Assembly (NCBI RefSeq): GCF_009914755.1
Contig: NC_060940.1
Direction: 5' to 3' (one strand)
Length of the DNA: 64,000 nt
Source: the human T2T-CHM13v2.0 reference genome, Homo sapiens
The notes under the pieces were generated by a model. The model made no database searches. It saw nothing but the letters and a program-made list of their open reading frames with translations, and was not told the origin of the DNA. The position numbers and the translations under genes are program-made. Positions 45,701 through 60,800 of the stretch are shown piece after piece; the first letter of the stretch is position 1, and each line of letters starts with the position of its first letter.

Positions 45701-48700
45701 TGATTCCATTCGACTCCATTCGATTATGATTTCATTCAATTCCATTCAATAATGATTCCCTTCGAGTCCATTCGATGATTCCATTCGATTCCATTCAACG
45801 ATGATTTGATTCGTTTCCATTCGATGATTCCATTTGATTCCACTTGATGATGATTCCATTCGAGTCCATTTGATGATTCCATTCGAGTCTATTTATGTAT
45901 TATATTCGTGTCCGCTTCATGATTCCATTCAATTCCATTTAATGTTGATTCCATTTGATTCCATTTGATGATTCAGTTCGATTCCTTGCAATGATTCCCT
46001 ACGATTCCTTTCTCTGATGATTCCATTCGATTCCATTCATTGATGATTTCATTCGACTCCATTCGATGATGATTCCTTTCGATTCCATTTGACGATGTTT
46101 CCATTCGAGTCCATTCGATGATGATTCTATTCAATTCTGTTCTATTATGATTCCATTCGATTTCATTCAATGCTTCTATTTGATTCCATTCGATGATGAT
46201 TCCATCTCTTTCCCTTCGATGATTCCATTTGATTCCATTCAGTGATGATTCCATTTGATTCCATCTGATGATGATTTCACTTGATTCCTTTCAATGATGA
46301 TTCAATTCAAGTCCATTCGATGATTCCATTGGAGTCCAAACGATCATTCCGTTCGATTCCATTCAATGGTGATTCCATTCATGTCCATTCGATGAATCCA
46401 TTCAATTCCATTCGATGATGACTCCATTCGAGTACATTCGATGATTCCATTTGATTCCATTTGAAGATGATTCCATTCAATTCCATTCGAAGATGATTCC
46501 ATTCAATTCCATTCGATGATGATTCCGTATGAATCCATTCTCTGATTATTCCATTCGATTCCATTCATTGACGATTCCATTCAATTCCATTCAATGATGA
46601 TTCTCTTCTATTCCATTCGATGATTCCGGTCGATTCCATTCGATGATGATTCCATTAGATTCCATTCGATTGTTGCATTCGATTCCCTTCGATGATGATT
46701 CCTTTGAATTCCATTCGATTATCATTCCGTATGAATCCATTTGATGATTATTCCATTGGATTCCTTTCGATGATGATTCCATTCGATTCCATTTGATGAT
46801 GTTTCTCTTGTATTCCATTGGATAATTCCTTTCAGTTCCCTTCGATGATTATTCTTTCGAGTCAATTCGATGATTCTATTCCATTCCCTTCGATGATGAT
46901 TCCATTTCACTCCATTTGATGATTCCATTCGACTCAATTTGGTGATGATTCAATTCGATGACATTCGATGACTCCATTCAATTTCATTTGATGATGATTA
47001 CATTCGAGTCCATTTGATGATTGTATTCCTTTCCTTTTGATGATTATTCCATGCGTGTCTATTCAAAGGTTCCATTCTATTCCATTCAATGATGATTGCA
47101 TTTGATTCCATTCAATGATTATGGCTATCGATTCCACTCGTTGATTCCATTTGATTCCGTTCGATGATTATTCCGTTAGATTCCATTAGAAGATTCCATT
47201 CGATTTTATTCAATGATTCCAATGGATTCCATTCAATGATGATTCCATTCGACTCCATTCAGTGATTCCATTCGAGTCCATTTGATGATTCCATTCTTTT
47301 CCATTTGATGATGATTCCATTAGGGTCCATTCAATGATTCCATTCGAGTCCATTCGTTAATGCCTTTCGAGTCCTTTTGATCACTACATTCGAGTCCATT
47401 CAATGATTCTATTCGATTCCATTCCATGATGATTCCATTCGAGTTCATTCGATGATTGCATTCGAGTCCATTTGATGATTCCATATGATTCCATTCGACA
47501 ATGATTCCATTCGTGTCCATTTGATGATTCCATTCATTTCCTATCGATGAAGATTCCATTCAAGTGTATTCGATGATTCCATTCAAATCCATTCGATGAT
47601 GATTCCATTCCAGTCCATTCGATCATTCCACTTGATTCCATTTGATGACTATTCCATTCAAATCCATTTGATGATTCCATTCGATTCCATTCGATGTTAC
47701 CATTCGAGTATATACGATGATTCCACTCGATTCCATTTGATGATTATTCCATTGGAGTCCACTTAGTGAATCCTTTAGATTCTACTGGAAGATGATTCCA
47801 TTCGAGTCCATTCGATGATACCATTCAATTCCATTCGTTGATGCTTCCATTCAAGTGCATTCGATGATATCATTCGATTCCATTTGATGATAATTCCATT
47901 TGATTCCATGCGATGATTCTATTCGATTCCATTCAATGATAATTCCATTCAATTCAGTGATTCCTCTGGACTCCATTTGATGATGATTCCATTCAATGAT
48001 TCCATTCGATTCTATTCGAAAATGATTCCATTTGAATCCATTTGATGATGATTCCATTGGATTCCATTTGATGATTCCATTCGATTCCATTCGATGATGA
48101 TTCCATTCGATTCCTTTTGATGAATCCATTCTATTGTATTCGATGATGATTCCATTCGATTCCATTCGATGATGATTGGATTCGATTCCATTTGATGATT
48201 TCATTTGATTCCATTCGATAAGGATTTCGATCAACTCCATTCAATGATTCCATTCGATTCCATTCGATAATGATTACATCCGAGTCCATTCGATGATTCC
48301 ATTTGAGCCCGTTAGATAATTCCATTTGAGTCCAATCAATGATTCCATTCATTTCCATTCAATGATTCCATTCGAGTCCATTTGATCATTCCGGTAGGGT
48401 CCGTTCGATGTTGATTCCATTGGAGTGCCTTCGATGATTCCATTCGAGTCCATTTTATGATTTGATTCGAGTCCTTTCGATGATTCCATTCGATTCCACT
48501 CGATGATTTCATTCGAGTCCATTCGACACTTCCAATCGATTCCATTTGATGTTTCCATTCGATTCCAATTGATGATTCCATTCAATTCCATTCGATGATG
48601 ATTCCGTACGATTCCATTCTGTGATGATTCCATGTGATTGCATTCAATGATGATTCCTTTCGATTGCATTCGATTATGATTCATTTCGTGTTCATTCTAT

Positions 48701-50750
48701 GGTTCCACAGGTTTCCATTCGATGATGTTTCCATTCGTGTCCATTCCATTATTCCATTCTATTCCATTTGAAGATGATTCCATTCGATTCCATTCATTGG
48801 TGATTCCACTCAATTCCATTCAATGATTCCATTCCATTTCTTTCAACAATGATTCCATTAGTTTCTATTCGATGATCCACTTGATTCCATTTGACGATGA
48901 TTCCATTCATGTCCATTCGATGATTCCATTTGATTCCATATGATGATGATTCCATTCGATTCCATACGATGATGATTCCATTCGAGTCCATTCAATGGTG
49001 ATTCCATTCAATTCCATTCGATGATTCCTTTCGATTCCATTCAATGATGATGGCATTCGATTCCTTTCGATCATTCCCTTTGATTCCATTCAAAGGTGAT
49101 TTCATTCAAGTCCATTCGATAATTGCATTCGATTCCATTCTATGATGATTCCATTCGAGTCCATTTGATGATTCCATTCAATTCAAGTCAATGATGATTC
49201 CATTCGATTCCACTCGATGATTCCATTGGATTCCATTCGATGATGATTCCATTCAAATCCATTCGATAATTCAATTCAAGTCCATTCGATGATGATTCCA
49301 ATCGAATCCATTCAAAGATTCCACTCAATTCCATTCGATGATGATTCCCTTAGATTCCATTCGATGATTCCACTTGATTCCATTTACGATGATTCCATTC
49401 GATTCCACGTGATGATTCCATTCAATTCTATTCAATGATGTTTCCACTTGATTCCATTCGAACATGATTGCCTTTGATTCCATTCAATGATTCCATACGG
49501 TTCCATTTGATGATGATTCCATTCGAGTCCATTCGATGATTCCATTAGAGTACATTTAATGATTGCTTTGTTTTCAATTCGAAGATGATTACATTGGATT
49601 CCATTCTATGATACCATTCGATTCCATTCAATGATGATTCCACTCAAATCCATTGGATGATTCCATTCGTGTCCATTCGGTGATTTCATTAGATTCCATT
49701 CGAGGATGATTCCATTCGATTCCATTCGATGATTCCATTCAATTCCATTCGATGATGATTCCATTCCAGTCCATATGATCATTCCATTTGATTTCATTCG
49801 ATGATGATTCCATTCGATTCCATTCGATGATTCCATTCAATTCCATTCTCCGATGATTTCTTTTGAGCCCATTCAATGCTTCCACTCGATTCCATATGAT
49901 GATGACTCCATTTGATGAAATTCCATGATGATTCCATTCGCTTGCATTCGATGATGATTCCACTTGAGTCCGTTAGAAGATTCTATTCAATTACATTCCA
50001 TGACGATTCTGTTCGAGTCCATTTGATGATTCCATTAGACTCCATTCGACGATGATTCCATTCGATGTTATTCGATGATGATTCCATTCAACTCCATTCG
50101 ATGTTTCCATTCGAGTTCATTCTATTATTCCATTAGATTCCATTCGATGATGATTCCATTCGATTCCATTTGATGATTGCATTCTATTTCATTTGATGAT
50201 GATTCCATTCGAGTCCATTCGATGATTCCATTCGAGTCCATTTAATGAATCCATTGGTTTCAATTCTATGATGATTACATTGGATTCCATTCGTTGATGA
50301 TTTCATTCGATTCCATTCAATGATGATTCCATTCAATTCCATTCAATGATTCCATTCAATTCCATACGATGATGATTCCATTTGATTTGATTCGACAGTG
50401 AGCCATTCGATTCAATTCCATGATGATTCTATTTGATTCAATTGGTTGACATTTCCATTCGATTCCATTCGATGATGATTCCATTTGATTCCATTCAAAC
50501 ATGATTCCATTCTAGCCCATTCAATCATTCCATTCGATTCTATTCAATGATGATTCCATTCATGTCGATTTGGTGATTCCATTTGACTTCATTTGATGAT
50601 GATTCCTTTCAAGTTCATTAGATGATTCCATTCGATTCCATTTGATGATGATCCCATTCGAGTCCATTCAGTGATTCCACTCGTTTCCATTCCATGATGA
50701 TTCCATTCCATTCCATTCAATGATTCCATTCAATTCCGTTTGATGATGAT
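39705..50750 (+). repeat. Paralogue of ~3680-23110 carrying only one 4,130-bp unit
   Basis: Offsets are +36014 (5101/41115, 6525/42539), +35991 (7730/43721) and +36001 (10378/46379, 11319/47320). They then drop to +27741 (20110/47851, 21053/48794), and 36001 - 2x4130 = 27741. Confidence 0.88.
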
Positions 50751-53700
50751 TCCATTAGAGTCCATTTAATGATTCCATTTGATTCCAGTCTCTGATGTTT
50801 ACATTCGAGTCCATACGATGATTCCACTCAATTCCATATGATGATGATTCCATTCGATTCCATTCGATGATTCCATTCTATTCTATTCAATGGTGATTCC
50901 ATTCGAGTACATTAGATGATTCCATTCGATTCCATTCAATGATGATTCTACTTGTGTCCCTTAGATGATTCCACATGATTCCATTAGATGATGATACTAT
51001 TTGAGCCCATCCAATGATTCCCTTCGATTCCATTCGATGAGGATTCCATTCGATTCAATTCATTGGTGATTCTATTCAATTCAATTCTTTGATTCCATTC
51101 CATTCCATTCGACAATGATTCCATTCGATTTCTTTCGATGATTCCACTCGATTTCACTTGACATTGATTCCATTCGATTCCATTCAATGATTCCATTTGA
51201 TTCCAGTGGATGATTATTGCCGTCGATTCCATTCGATCACTCCATTCTGTTCCATTTGATGATGATTACATTCGATTCCATTTGATGATTCCATCTGATT
51301 CTATTCGAGGATTCCATTTGATTCCATTCGATGATGATTCCATTCGAGTCCATTCGATGGTTTCATTCGAGTACATCCAATGATTCCATTCGAGTCCATT
51401 TGATGATTCCATTTCATTCCATTTGATTATGATTCTACTAGAGTCCATTCAATGACTCCATTCGAGTCCATTCAACAGTTCCATCCGAGTCCATTCGATG
51501 ATTCCATTCGATTCCATTTGATGATTCCATTCGAGTCCATTTAATCATTACAGTCGAGTCCATTTGGTGATTCCACTGGATTTCTTTTGATAATGATACC
51601 ATTCAATTACATTTGATGATGATCCCATTCAATTTCATTTGATGATGATTCCATTAGAGTCCATTCCATGATTTCATTCGAGTCCCTTCATTGATTCCAT
51701 CCGATTTCATTTCATGATGACTCCATTCGAGTCCATTCGATGATTCCACTCGATTCCTTTAGATGATTCCATTGGAGTCCATTTGATTGTTCCATTCGAT
51801 TCCATTCGATTCCTTTCGAAGATTATTCCATTTGAGTCCATTCGATGATGATTCCATTCCATTCCATTCGATGATTCCGTTTGATTCCATTCGATGATTC
51901 CCTGCGATTCCTTTCTATGATGATTCCATTCCATTCCATTCAATGATTCCATTCGAATGTATTCCATGATGATTCCTTTCGATTCCATTCGCTGATGTTT
52001 CCGTTCAATTCCATTCGATGATGATTCCATTCGATTCCATTCATTGAGGATTCCATTGGATTCCATTCAATGATGATTCCATTCTATTCCATTCAATGAT
52101 TGCATTCAATTCCATTCAATGATTATGCCTTTAGAGTAAATTCAACGATTCCATTCAATACCATTCGATGATGATTCCTTTTGAGTCCATTCAATGATTT
52201 CATTCAAGTCCATTTGATGATTCCTTTCAATTCCATTCCATGATGATTCCATTCGAGTCCATTCGATGATTCCATTCGATTGTATTCGATGATTCCATTA
52301 TATTCCATTCAACGATGATTCCATTCGAGTCCATTCGATGATTCCATTAGAGTACATTTAATGATTGCTTTGTTTTCAATTCGAAGATGATTACATTGGA
52401 TTCCATTCTATGATTCCATTCGATTGCATTCATTGATGATTCCACCCAATTCCATTCGATGATGATTCCATTCGATTTCAATGATTCTACTCGATTCCAT
52501 TCAATGATGATTCAATTCTATTCCGTTTGATGATTCCATTAGATTCCATTCTATGATGATTCCATTCGAGTCCATTCGAAGATTTCATTCGATTACATTC
52601 CATGACGATTCCATTCGAGTCCATTCGATGATTCCATTTGAATCCATTCGACGATGATTCCATTTGATGCTATCCGATGATTCCATTGGATTCCATTCGA
52701 TGATGATTCCATTCGACTTGATTTGATGTTTCTATTTGAGTCCATTCGGTTATTTTATTAGACTACATTCGATGATGATTCCATTCGATGCCATTCAATG
52801 ATTCCATTTGATTCCACTCAATGATGATTGCATTCGTGTCCATTCGATGATTCCATTTGGTTCCATTTGATGATGATTCCATTCGAGTCCATTCGATGAT
52901 ACCATTCAATTCCATTCGATGATCATTCCATTCGAATCCATTTGATGATTCCACTCAATTCCATTTGATGACTCCTTTCATTCCCATTCGATGATTCCCT
53001 TCAGTTCCAATTGGATGATCTTTCCATTTGATTCAATATGGTGACTCCATTCTATTATATTCAATGATGATTCCATTCGACTCCATTAGATGATGACTCC
53101 ATTCCATTCCATTCGATTGTGATTTCATTCGATTCCATTCGAAGATGATTCCATTCGAGTCCATTTGATGATTCCATTCGATTCCATTCAATGATGATTC
53201 CACTCAAATCCATTGGATGATTCCATTCGTTTCCAATTGGTGATTTCATTAGATTCCATTCGAGGATGATTCTATTCGAGTCCATTCAATGATTCCATTG
53301 GATTCCGTTTGATAATGATTCCATTAGAGTTCATTCGATGATTCCCTTCGAGTCCATTCGATTATTTCTTTTGATTCCATTTGATGATGATTCCATTCGA
53401 TTCCATTCAATGATTCCATTCCATTCCATTCGATGATGATTCCATTCGATAATGATTACATTCGAGCCCATGTGATGATTCCATTAGATTCTATTCAATG
53501 ATGATTCCATTCGACCACATTCGATGATGGCATTCGAGTCCATTCGATGATTTCACTCGATTCCACTTGATGATGATTCCTTTTGAGTCCATTTGATGAT
53601 TACATTCGAGTCCATGAGATGACTCCATTCGATTCCATTTCATGATGATGCAATTCGAGGCTATTCGATCATCCCATTTTAGTGCATTCGGTGATTCTCT

Positions 53701-56700
53701 TTTATTACATTCGATGAGGGCTCCATTCGAGTCCATTCAATGATTCCATTAGATTCCACTCGATGATGATTCCATTTGAGTCCATTCAAAGATTCCTTTC
53801 GAGTCCATTCGATAATTCTATTGGATTCCACTAGGTGATGATTCCTTTCGAGTCAATTCGATGATTCCTTTCAAGTGCCTTCAATGATTCCATTCGATTC
53901 CATTCGATGACGATTCATTTCAAGTCCATTCAATGGTTCCATTCTGTTGAATTTGATGGTTCCATTTGATTCCATTCGATGATGATTCCATTCGTGTCCA
54001 TTGGATGATTCCATTCGATTCCTTTCGAGGAAGATTCCATTCGACTCCATTCGATGATTCCGTTCGATTCCATTCCATGATGATTCCATTTGATTCCATT
54101 CCATGATTCCATTCGATACCATTCGATGATGATTCCATTCGACTCCATTTGATGAATCCATTCAATGCTTCCATTCGAGTCCATTCGATGATTCCATTCG
54201 ATTCCATTCCATGAAGATTCCATTCGAGTACATTTGATGATTCCATTTAATTCCATAGGATGATGATTCTATTAGGGTCCGTTGACTATTCCATTCAATT
54301 CCATTCGAAGACTCCATTCGAGTCCACTCGATGATTCTATTTGATTCCATTTGATAATTCCATTCGATTCCATTTGATGTTGATTCCATTCGAGTCCATT
54401 CGATCATTATTACATTTGATTCTATTCGATGATTCCATTCGATTCCATTTGATGAGGATTCCATTCGAGACCATTTGATGATTCCATTCAATTCCATTGG
54501 ATGATTCCAATATTTTCCATTAGATGATGATTCCATTCGATTCCATTCAATGATGATTCCATCAGAATCCATTCGATGATGACTCCTTTTGCTTCCATTC
54601 AATGATCATTACATTCGGTTCCATTCGATGATGATTCCTTTGGATTCCATTCGATGATGCTTCCATTCGATTCCATTTGATGATGATTCTTTTCGATTCC
54701 ATTTGATGATGATTCCATTTGATTCCATTCGATGGTGATTCCATTTGATGATTCCATTCGATTGTATTCGATGATGATTCCACTCGATTCTATTTGATGA
54801 TGACTGCATTCGATTCCATTTGATGATTCCATTTGATTCCATTCGATGATGATTCTGATCAATTGCATTCGATGATCCATTCGATTCCATTTGATGGTTC
54901 CATTTGATTCCATTTGATAATGATTCCTTTCGAGTCCATTCGATGATTCCATTTGCGGATATTCGATAATTCCATTTGAGTCCAACCGATGATTCCATTC
55001 GAGGCCATTCAATCATTCTTTTTGAGTCCTTTCGATAAAGATTCCATTTTAGTCCATTCAATAATTCCACTGGAGTCCATTCGATGATTGCTTTTAATTC
55101 CATTCGATGATATTCCATTCGAGTCCATTCGATGATTCCATTCGTTGCTATTAGATGATGATTCCATTCATGACCATTTGGTGATTCCATTCGATTTCAT
55201 TCGTTGATGATTCCATTCGAGTCCATTCCATGATTCCATTCAAGTCCATTTGATGATTTCTTTGAATTCAATTCGATGATGATTCCATTCGAGTCCATTC
55301 GATGATTCCATTCAGTTCCATTCGATGATGATTCCTTTCGAGACCATATGATGATTCCATTTGATTTCATTCGATGATGATTCCATTCGATTCCATTCGA
55401 TGATTCCATTCTATTCCATTCGATGATGATTCCATTCGAGTCCATTTAATGATTCCATTGGGTTCAATTCAATGATGATTACATTGGATTCTCTTCTATG
55501 ATACCATTCAATTCCGTTCATTGACAATTTGATTCCATTCGATGATGATTCCATTTGAGTTCATTCGATGATTCTATTCGATTCTCTTCGATGGTGATTC
55601 AATTCTATTATATTGGATGATTCCATTCGATTCCATTTGATGTTGATTCAATTCGATTCTATTCGATGATGATTCCATTGGATTTCATTTGATGATTCTA
55701 TTCGATTCCATTCAATGATGATTCACTTCTCGTCCATTGGATGATTCCATTTCATTCCATTCGATGATGATTCCATTCGATTCCATTCGATGATTCCATT
55801 TGATTCCATTCGACGGTGAGCAATTCGATTCAATTCCATGATGATTCTATTTGATTCAGTTAGATGATGTTTCCATTCGAATCCATTCCATGATTATTCC
55901 ATTGGAATCCATTCGGCGATGATTCCATATGAGTCAATTCAATGATGCTTCCATATGGGTCAGTTCGATGATAATTCCATTTGATTTCATTCGATGCTTC
56001 TATTCAATTCCAGTCGATGATGATTCCGTTGGAGTCCATACGATGACTCCATTTGATTTCATTTGATGATGATTCCATTCGATTCCATTCGATGACTCCA
56101 TTCTGTTCCATTCGATGATGATTCCATTCGAGTCCATTCGATGATTCCATTCGAGTCCATTTCATGATTCCATTGGGTTCAATTCGATGATGATTACACT
56201 GGATTCCATTCTATGATTCCATTCAATTCCATTCGTTGATGATTCGATTCCATTCAATGATGATTCCATTTGAGTTCATTCGATGATTCTATTCGATTCC
56301 GTTCGATGGTGATTCAATTCTATTATATTGGATGATTCCATTCGATTCCATTTGATGATGATTCCATTCGATTCCATTCGATGATGATTCCATTTGATTC
56401 CATTTGATGTTGATTCTATTCGATTCTATTCAATGATGATTCCATTCGATTTCATTTGATGATTCTATTCGATTCCTTTCGATGATTCTATTCCATTCCA
56501 TTCGATGATGATTCAATTCTCTTCCATTGGATGATTCCATTTTATTCCATTCGACGATGACTCCATTTGATTCCATTCAATGATGATTCCATTCGATTCC
56601 ATTCGGTGATTCCATTTGATTCCATTCGACGGTGAGCAATTTGATTCAATTCCATAATGATTCTATTTGATTCAATTAGATGATGTTTCCATTCGAATCC

Positions 56701-57810
56701 ATTCGGTGATGATTCCATTGGTATCCATTCGACGATGATTCCATATGAGTCAATTCGATGATGATTCCATACGAGTCCGTTGGATGATAATTCCATTTGA
56801 TTTCATTCATTCCTTCTATTCGATTCCACTTGATGATGATTCCATCTGAATCCATTCTCCGATTCCATTCGATTTCATTCGATGCTTCTATTTGATTTCA
56901 TTCGAAGATGATTCCTTTCAATTCCGTTCATTAATTCCATTTGATTCCATTCGATGATGATTCCATCCGATTCCATTGGATGATGATTCCATTCGAGTCC
57001 ATTCGATGATTCCGTTCTAATCCATTCTATGATTCCATTCGAGTCCATTCGATGATTCCATTCGATTCCATTCAGTGATGATTCCATTTGATTCCATCTG
57101 ATGATGATTTCATTTGATTCCATTCGATGATGATTCCATTGGAGTCCATTGAATGATTCAATTCAATTCCATTCCATGTGGATTCCATTCGAATTCATTC
57201 GATTATTCCATTCAAATCCCTTCGTTGATTCCATCTGATTCCACTTGACGATGATTCCATTCAAGTCCAATCGATGATTCCATTCGGTTCCATTCAATGA
57301 TTCCATTCGAGTCCATTTATGTATTATATTCGTGTCCACTTGATGACTCACTCCATTCAATTCCATTTAATGATGATTCCATTTGATTCCATTTGATGAT
57401 TCAGTTCGATTCCTTACAATGATTCCCTACGATTCCTTTCTATGATGATTCCATTCGATTCCATTCATTGATGATTCCATTCGACTCCATTCGATGATGA
57501 TTCCTTTCGATTCCATTTGACGATGTTTCCATTTGAGTCCATTCGATGATGATTCCATTGGTATCCATTCGACGATGATTCCATATGAGTCAATTCGATG
57601 ATGATTCCATACGAGTCCGTTGGATGATAATTCCATTTGATTTCATTCAATCCTTCTATTCGATTCCATTTGATGATGATTCCATCTGAATCCATTCTCC
57701 GATTCCATTCGATTTCATTCGATGCTTCTATTTGATTTCATTCGAAGATGATTCCTTTCAATTCCATTCATTAATTCCATTTGATTCCATTCGATGATGA
57801 TTCCATCCGA
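50750..57810 (+). repeat. ~7-kb block, copy 2 (paralogue of ~27370-34430)
   Basis: Constant offsets of 23376, 23377 and 23381 to copy 1 across about 20 ORF markers, including the identical 193-aa spurious ORF at 31232 and 54609. Confidence 0.93.
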
Positions 57811-60800
57811 TTCCATTGGATGATGATTCCACTCGAGTCCATTCGATGATTCCGTTCTAATCCATTCTATGATTCCATTCGAGTCCATTCGATGATTCCA
57901 TTCGATTCCATTCAGTGATGATTCCATTTGATTCCATCTGATGATGATTTCATTTGATTCCATTCGATGATGATTCCATTGGAGTCCATTGAATGATTCA
58001 ATTCAATTCCATTCCATGTGGATTCCATTCGAATTCATTCGATTATTCCATTCAAATCCCTTCGTTGATTCCATCTGATTCCACTTGACGATGATTCCAT
58101 TCAAGTCCAATCGATGATTCCATTCGGTTCCATTCAATGATTCCATTCGAGTCCATTTATGTATTATATTCGTGTCCACTTGATGACTCACTCCATTCAA
58201 TTCCATTTAATGATGATTCCATTTGATTCCATTTGATGATTCAGTTCGATTCCTTACAATGATTCCCTACGATTCCTTTCTATGATGATTCCATTCGATT
58301 CCATTCATTGATGATTCCATTCGACTCCATTCGATGATGATTCCTTTCGATTCCATTTGACGATGTTTCCATTTGAGTCCATTCGATGATGATTCAATTC
58401 AGTTCTGTTCTATTATGAATCCATTCGATTTCATTCAATGCTTCTATTTGATTCCATTCGACGATGATTCCATCTCTTTCCCTTCGATGATTCCATTTGA
58501 TTCCATTCAGTGATGATTCCATTTGATTCCATCTGATGATGATTTCACTTGATTCATTTCAATGATGATTCCATTCAAGTCCATTCGATGATTCCATTGG
58601 AGTCCAAACGATCATTCCATTCGATTCCATTCAATGATGATTCCATTCATGTCCATTCAATGAATCCTTTCAATTCCATTCGATGATGACTCCATTCGAG
58701 TACATTCGATGATTCCATTTGATTCCATCTGATGATGATTACATTCAATTCCATTCGAAGATGATTCCATTCAATTCCACTTGATGATGATTCCGTATGA
58801 ATCCATTCGCTGATTATTCCATTCGATTCCATTCATTGACGATTCCATTCGATTCCATTCAATGATGATTCTCTTCTATTGCATTCGATGATTCCGTTCG
58901 ATTCCATTCGATGATGATTCCATTAGATTCCATTCGATTGTTGCATTCGATTCCCTTCGATGATGATTCCTTTGAATTCCATTCGATTATGATTCCGTAT
59001 GAATCCATTTGATGATTATTCCATTGGATTCCTTTCGATGATGATTCCATTCGATTCCATTTGATGATGTTTCTCATGTATTCCATTTGATAATTCCTTT
59101 CAATTCCCTTCGATGATGATTCTTTCGAGTCAATTCGATGATTCTATTCCATTCCCTTCGATGATGATTCCATTTCACTCCATTCGATGATTCCATTCGA
59201 TTCAATTTGGTGATGATTCAATTCGATGACATTCGATGACTCCATTCAATTTCATTTGATGATGATTACATTCGAGTCCATTTGATGATTGTATTCCTTT
59301 CCTTTTGATGATTATTCCATTCGTGTCTATTCAAAGATTCCATTCTATTCCATTCAACGATGATTCCAATTGATTCCATTCAATGATTATGGCTATCGAT
59401 TCCACTCGTTGATTCCATTTGATTCCATTCGATGATTATTCCGTTAGATTCCATTAGGAGATTCCATTCGATTTTATTCAATGATTCCAATTGATTCCAT
59501 TCAATGATGATTCCATTCGACTCCATTCAGTGATTCCATTTGAGTCCATTTGATGATTCCATTCGAGTCCATTTGGTGATTCCATTCTTTTCCATTTGAT
59601 GATGATTCCATTAGGGTCCATTCAATGATTCCATTCGAGTCCATTCGTTAATGCCTTTCGAGTCCTTTTGATCACTACATTCGAGTCCATTCAATGATTC
59701 TATTCGATTCCATTCCATGATGATTCCATTCGAGTTCATTCGATGATTGCATTCGAGTCCATTTGATGATTCCATAAGATTCCATTCGACAATGATTCCA
59801 TTCGTGTCCATTTGATGATTCCATTCATTTCCTATCGATGAAGATTCCATTCGAGTGTATTCGATGATTCCATTCAAATCCATTCGATGATGATTCCATT
59901 CCAGTCCATTCGATCATTCCACTTGATTCCATTTGATGACTATTCCATTCAAATCCATTTGATGATTCCATTCGATTCCATTCGATGTTACCATTCCAGT
60001 ATATACGATGATTCCACTCGATTCCATTTGATGATTATTCCATTGGAGTCGACTTAGTGAATCCTTTAGATTCTACTCGAAGATGATTCCATTCGAGTCC
60101 ATTCGATGATACCATTCAATTCCATTCGTTGATGCTTCCATTCAAGTGCATTCGATGATATCATTCGATTCCATTTGATGATAATTCCATTTGATTCCAT
60201 GTGATGATTCTATTCCATTCCATTCAATGATAATTCCATTCAATTCAGTGATTCCTCTGGACTCCATTTGATGATGATTCCATTCAATGATTCCATTCGA
60301 TTCTATTCGAAAATGATTCCATTTGAATCCATTTGATGATGATTCCATTCGATTCCATTTGATGATTCCATTCGATTCCATTCGACGATGATTCCATTCG
60401 ATTCCATTTGATGATTCCATTCTATTCTATTCGATGATGATTCCATTCGATTCCATTCGATGATGATTGGATTCGATTCCATTTGATGATTTCATTTGAT
60501 TCAATTCGATGATGATTTCGATCAATTCCATTCGATGATTCCATTCGATTCCATTTGATAATGATTACATCCGAGTCCATTCGATGATTCCATTTGAGCC
60601 CGTTCGATAATTCCATTTGAGTCCAATCAATGATTCCATTCATTTCCATTCAATGATTCCATTCGAGTCCATTTGATCATTCCGGTAGGGTCCGTTCGAT
60701 GTTGATTCCATTGGAGTGCCTTCGATGATTCCATTCGAGTCCATTTTAGGATTTGATTCGAGTCCTTTCGATGATTCCATTCGATTCCACTCGATGATGA

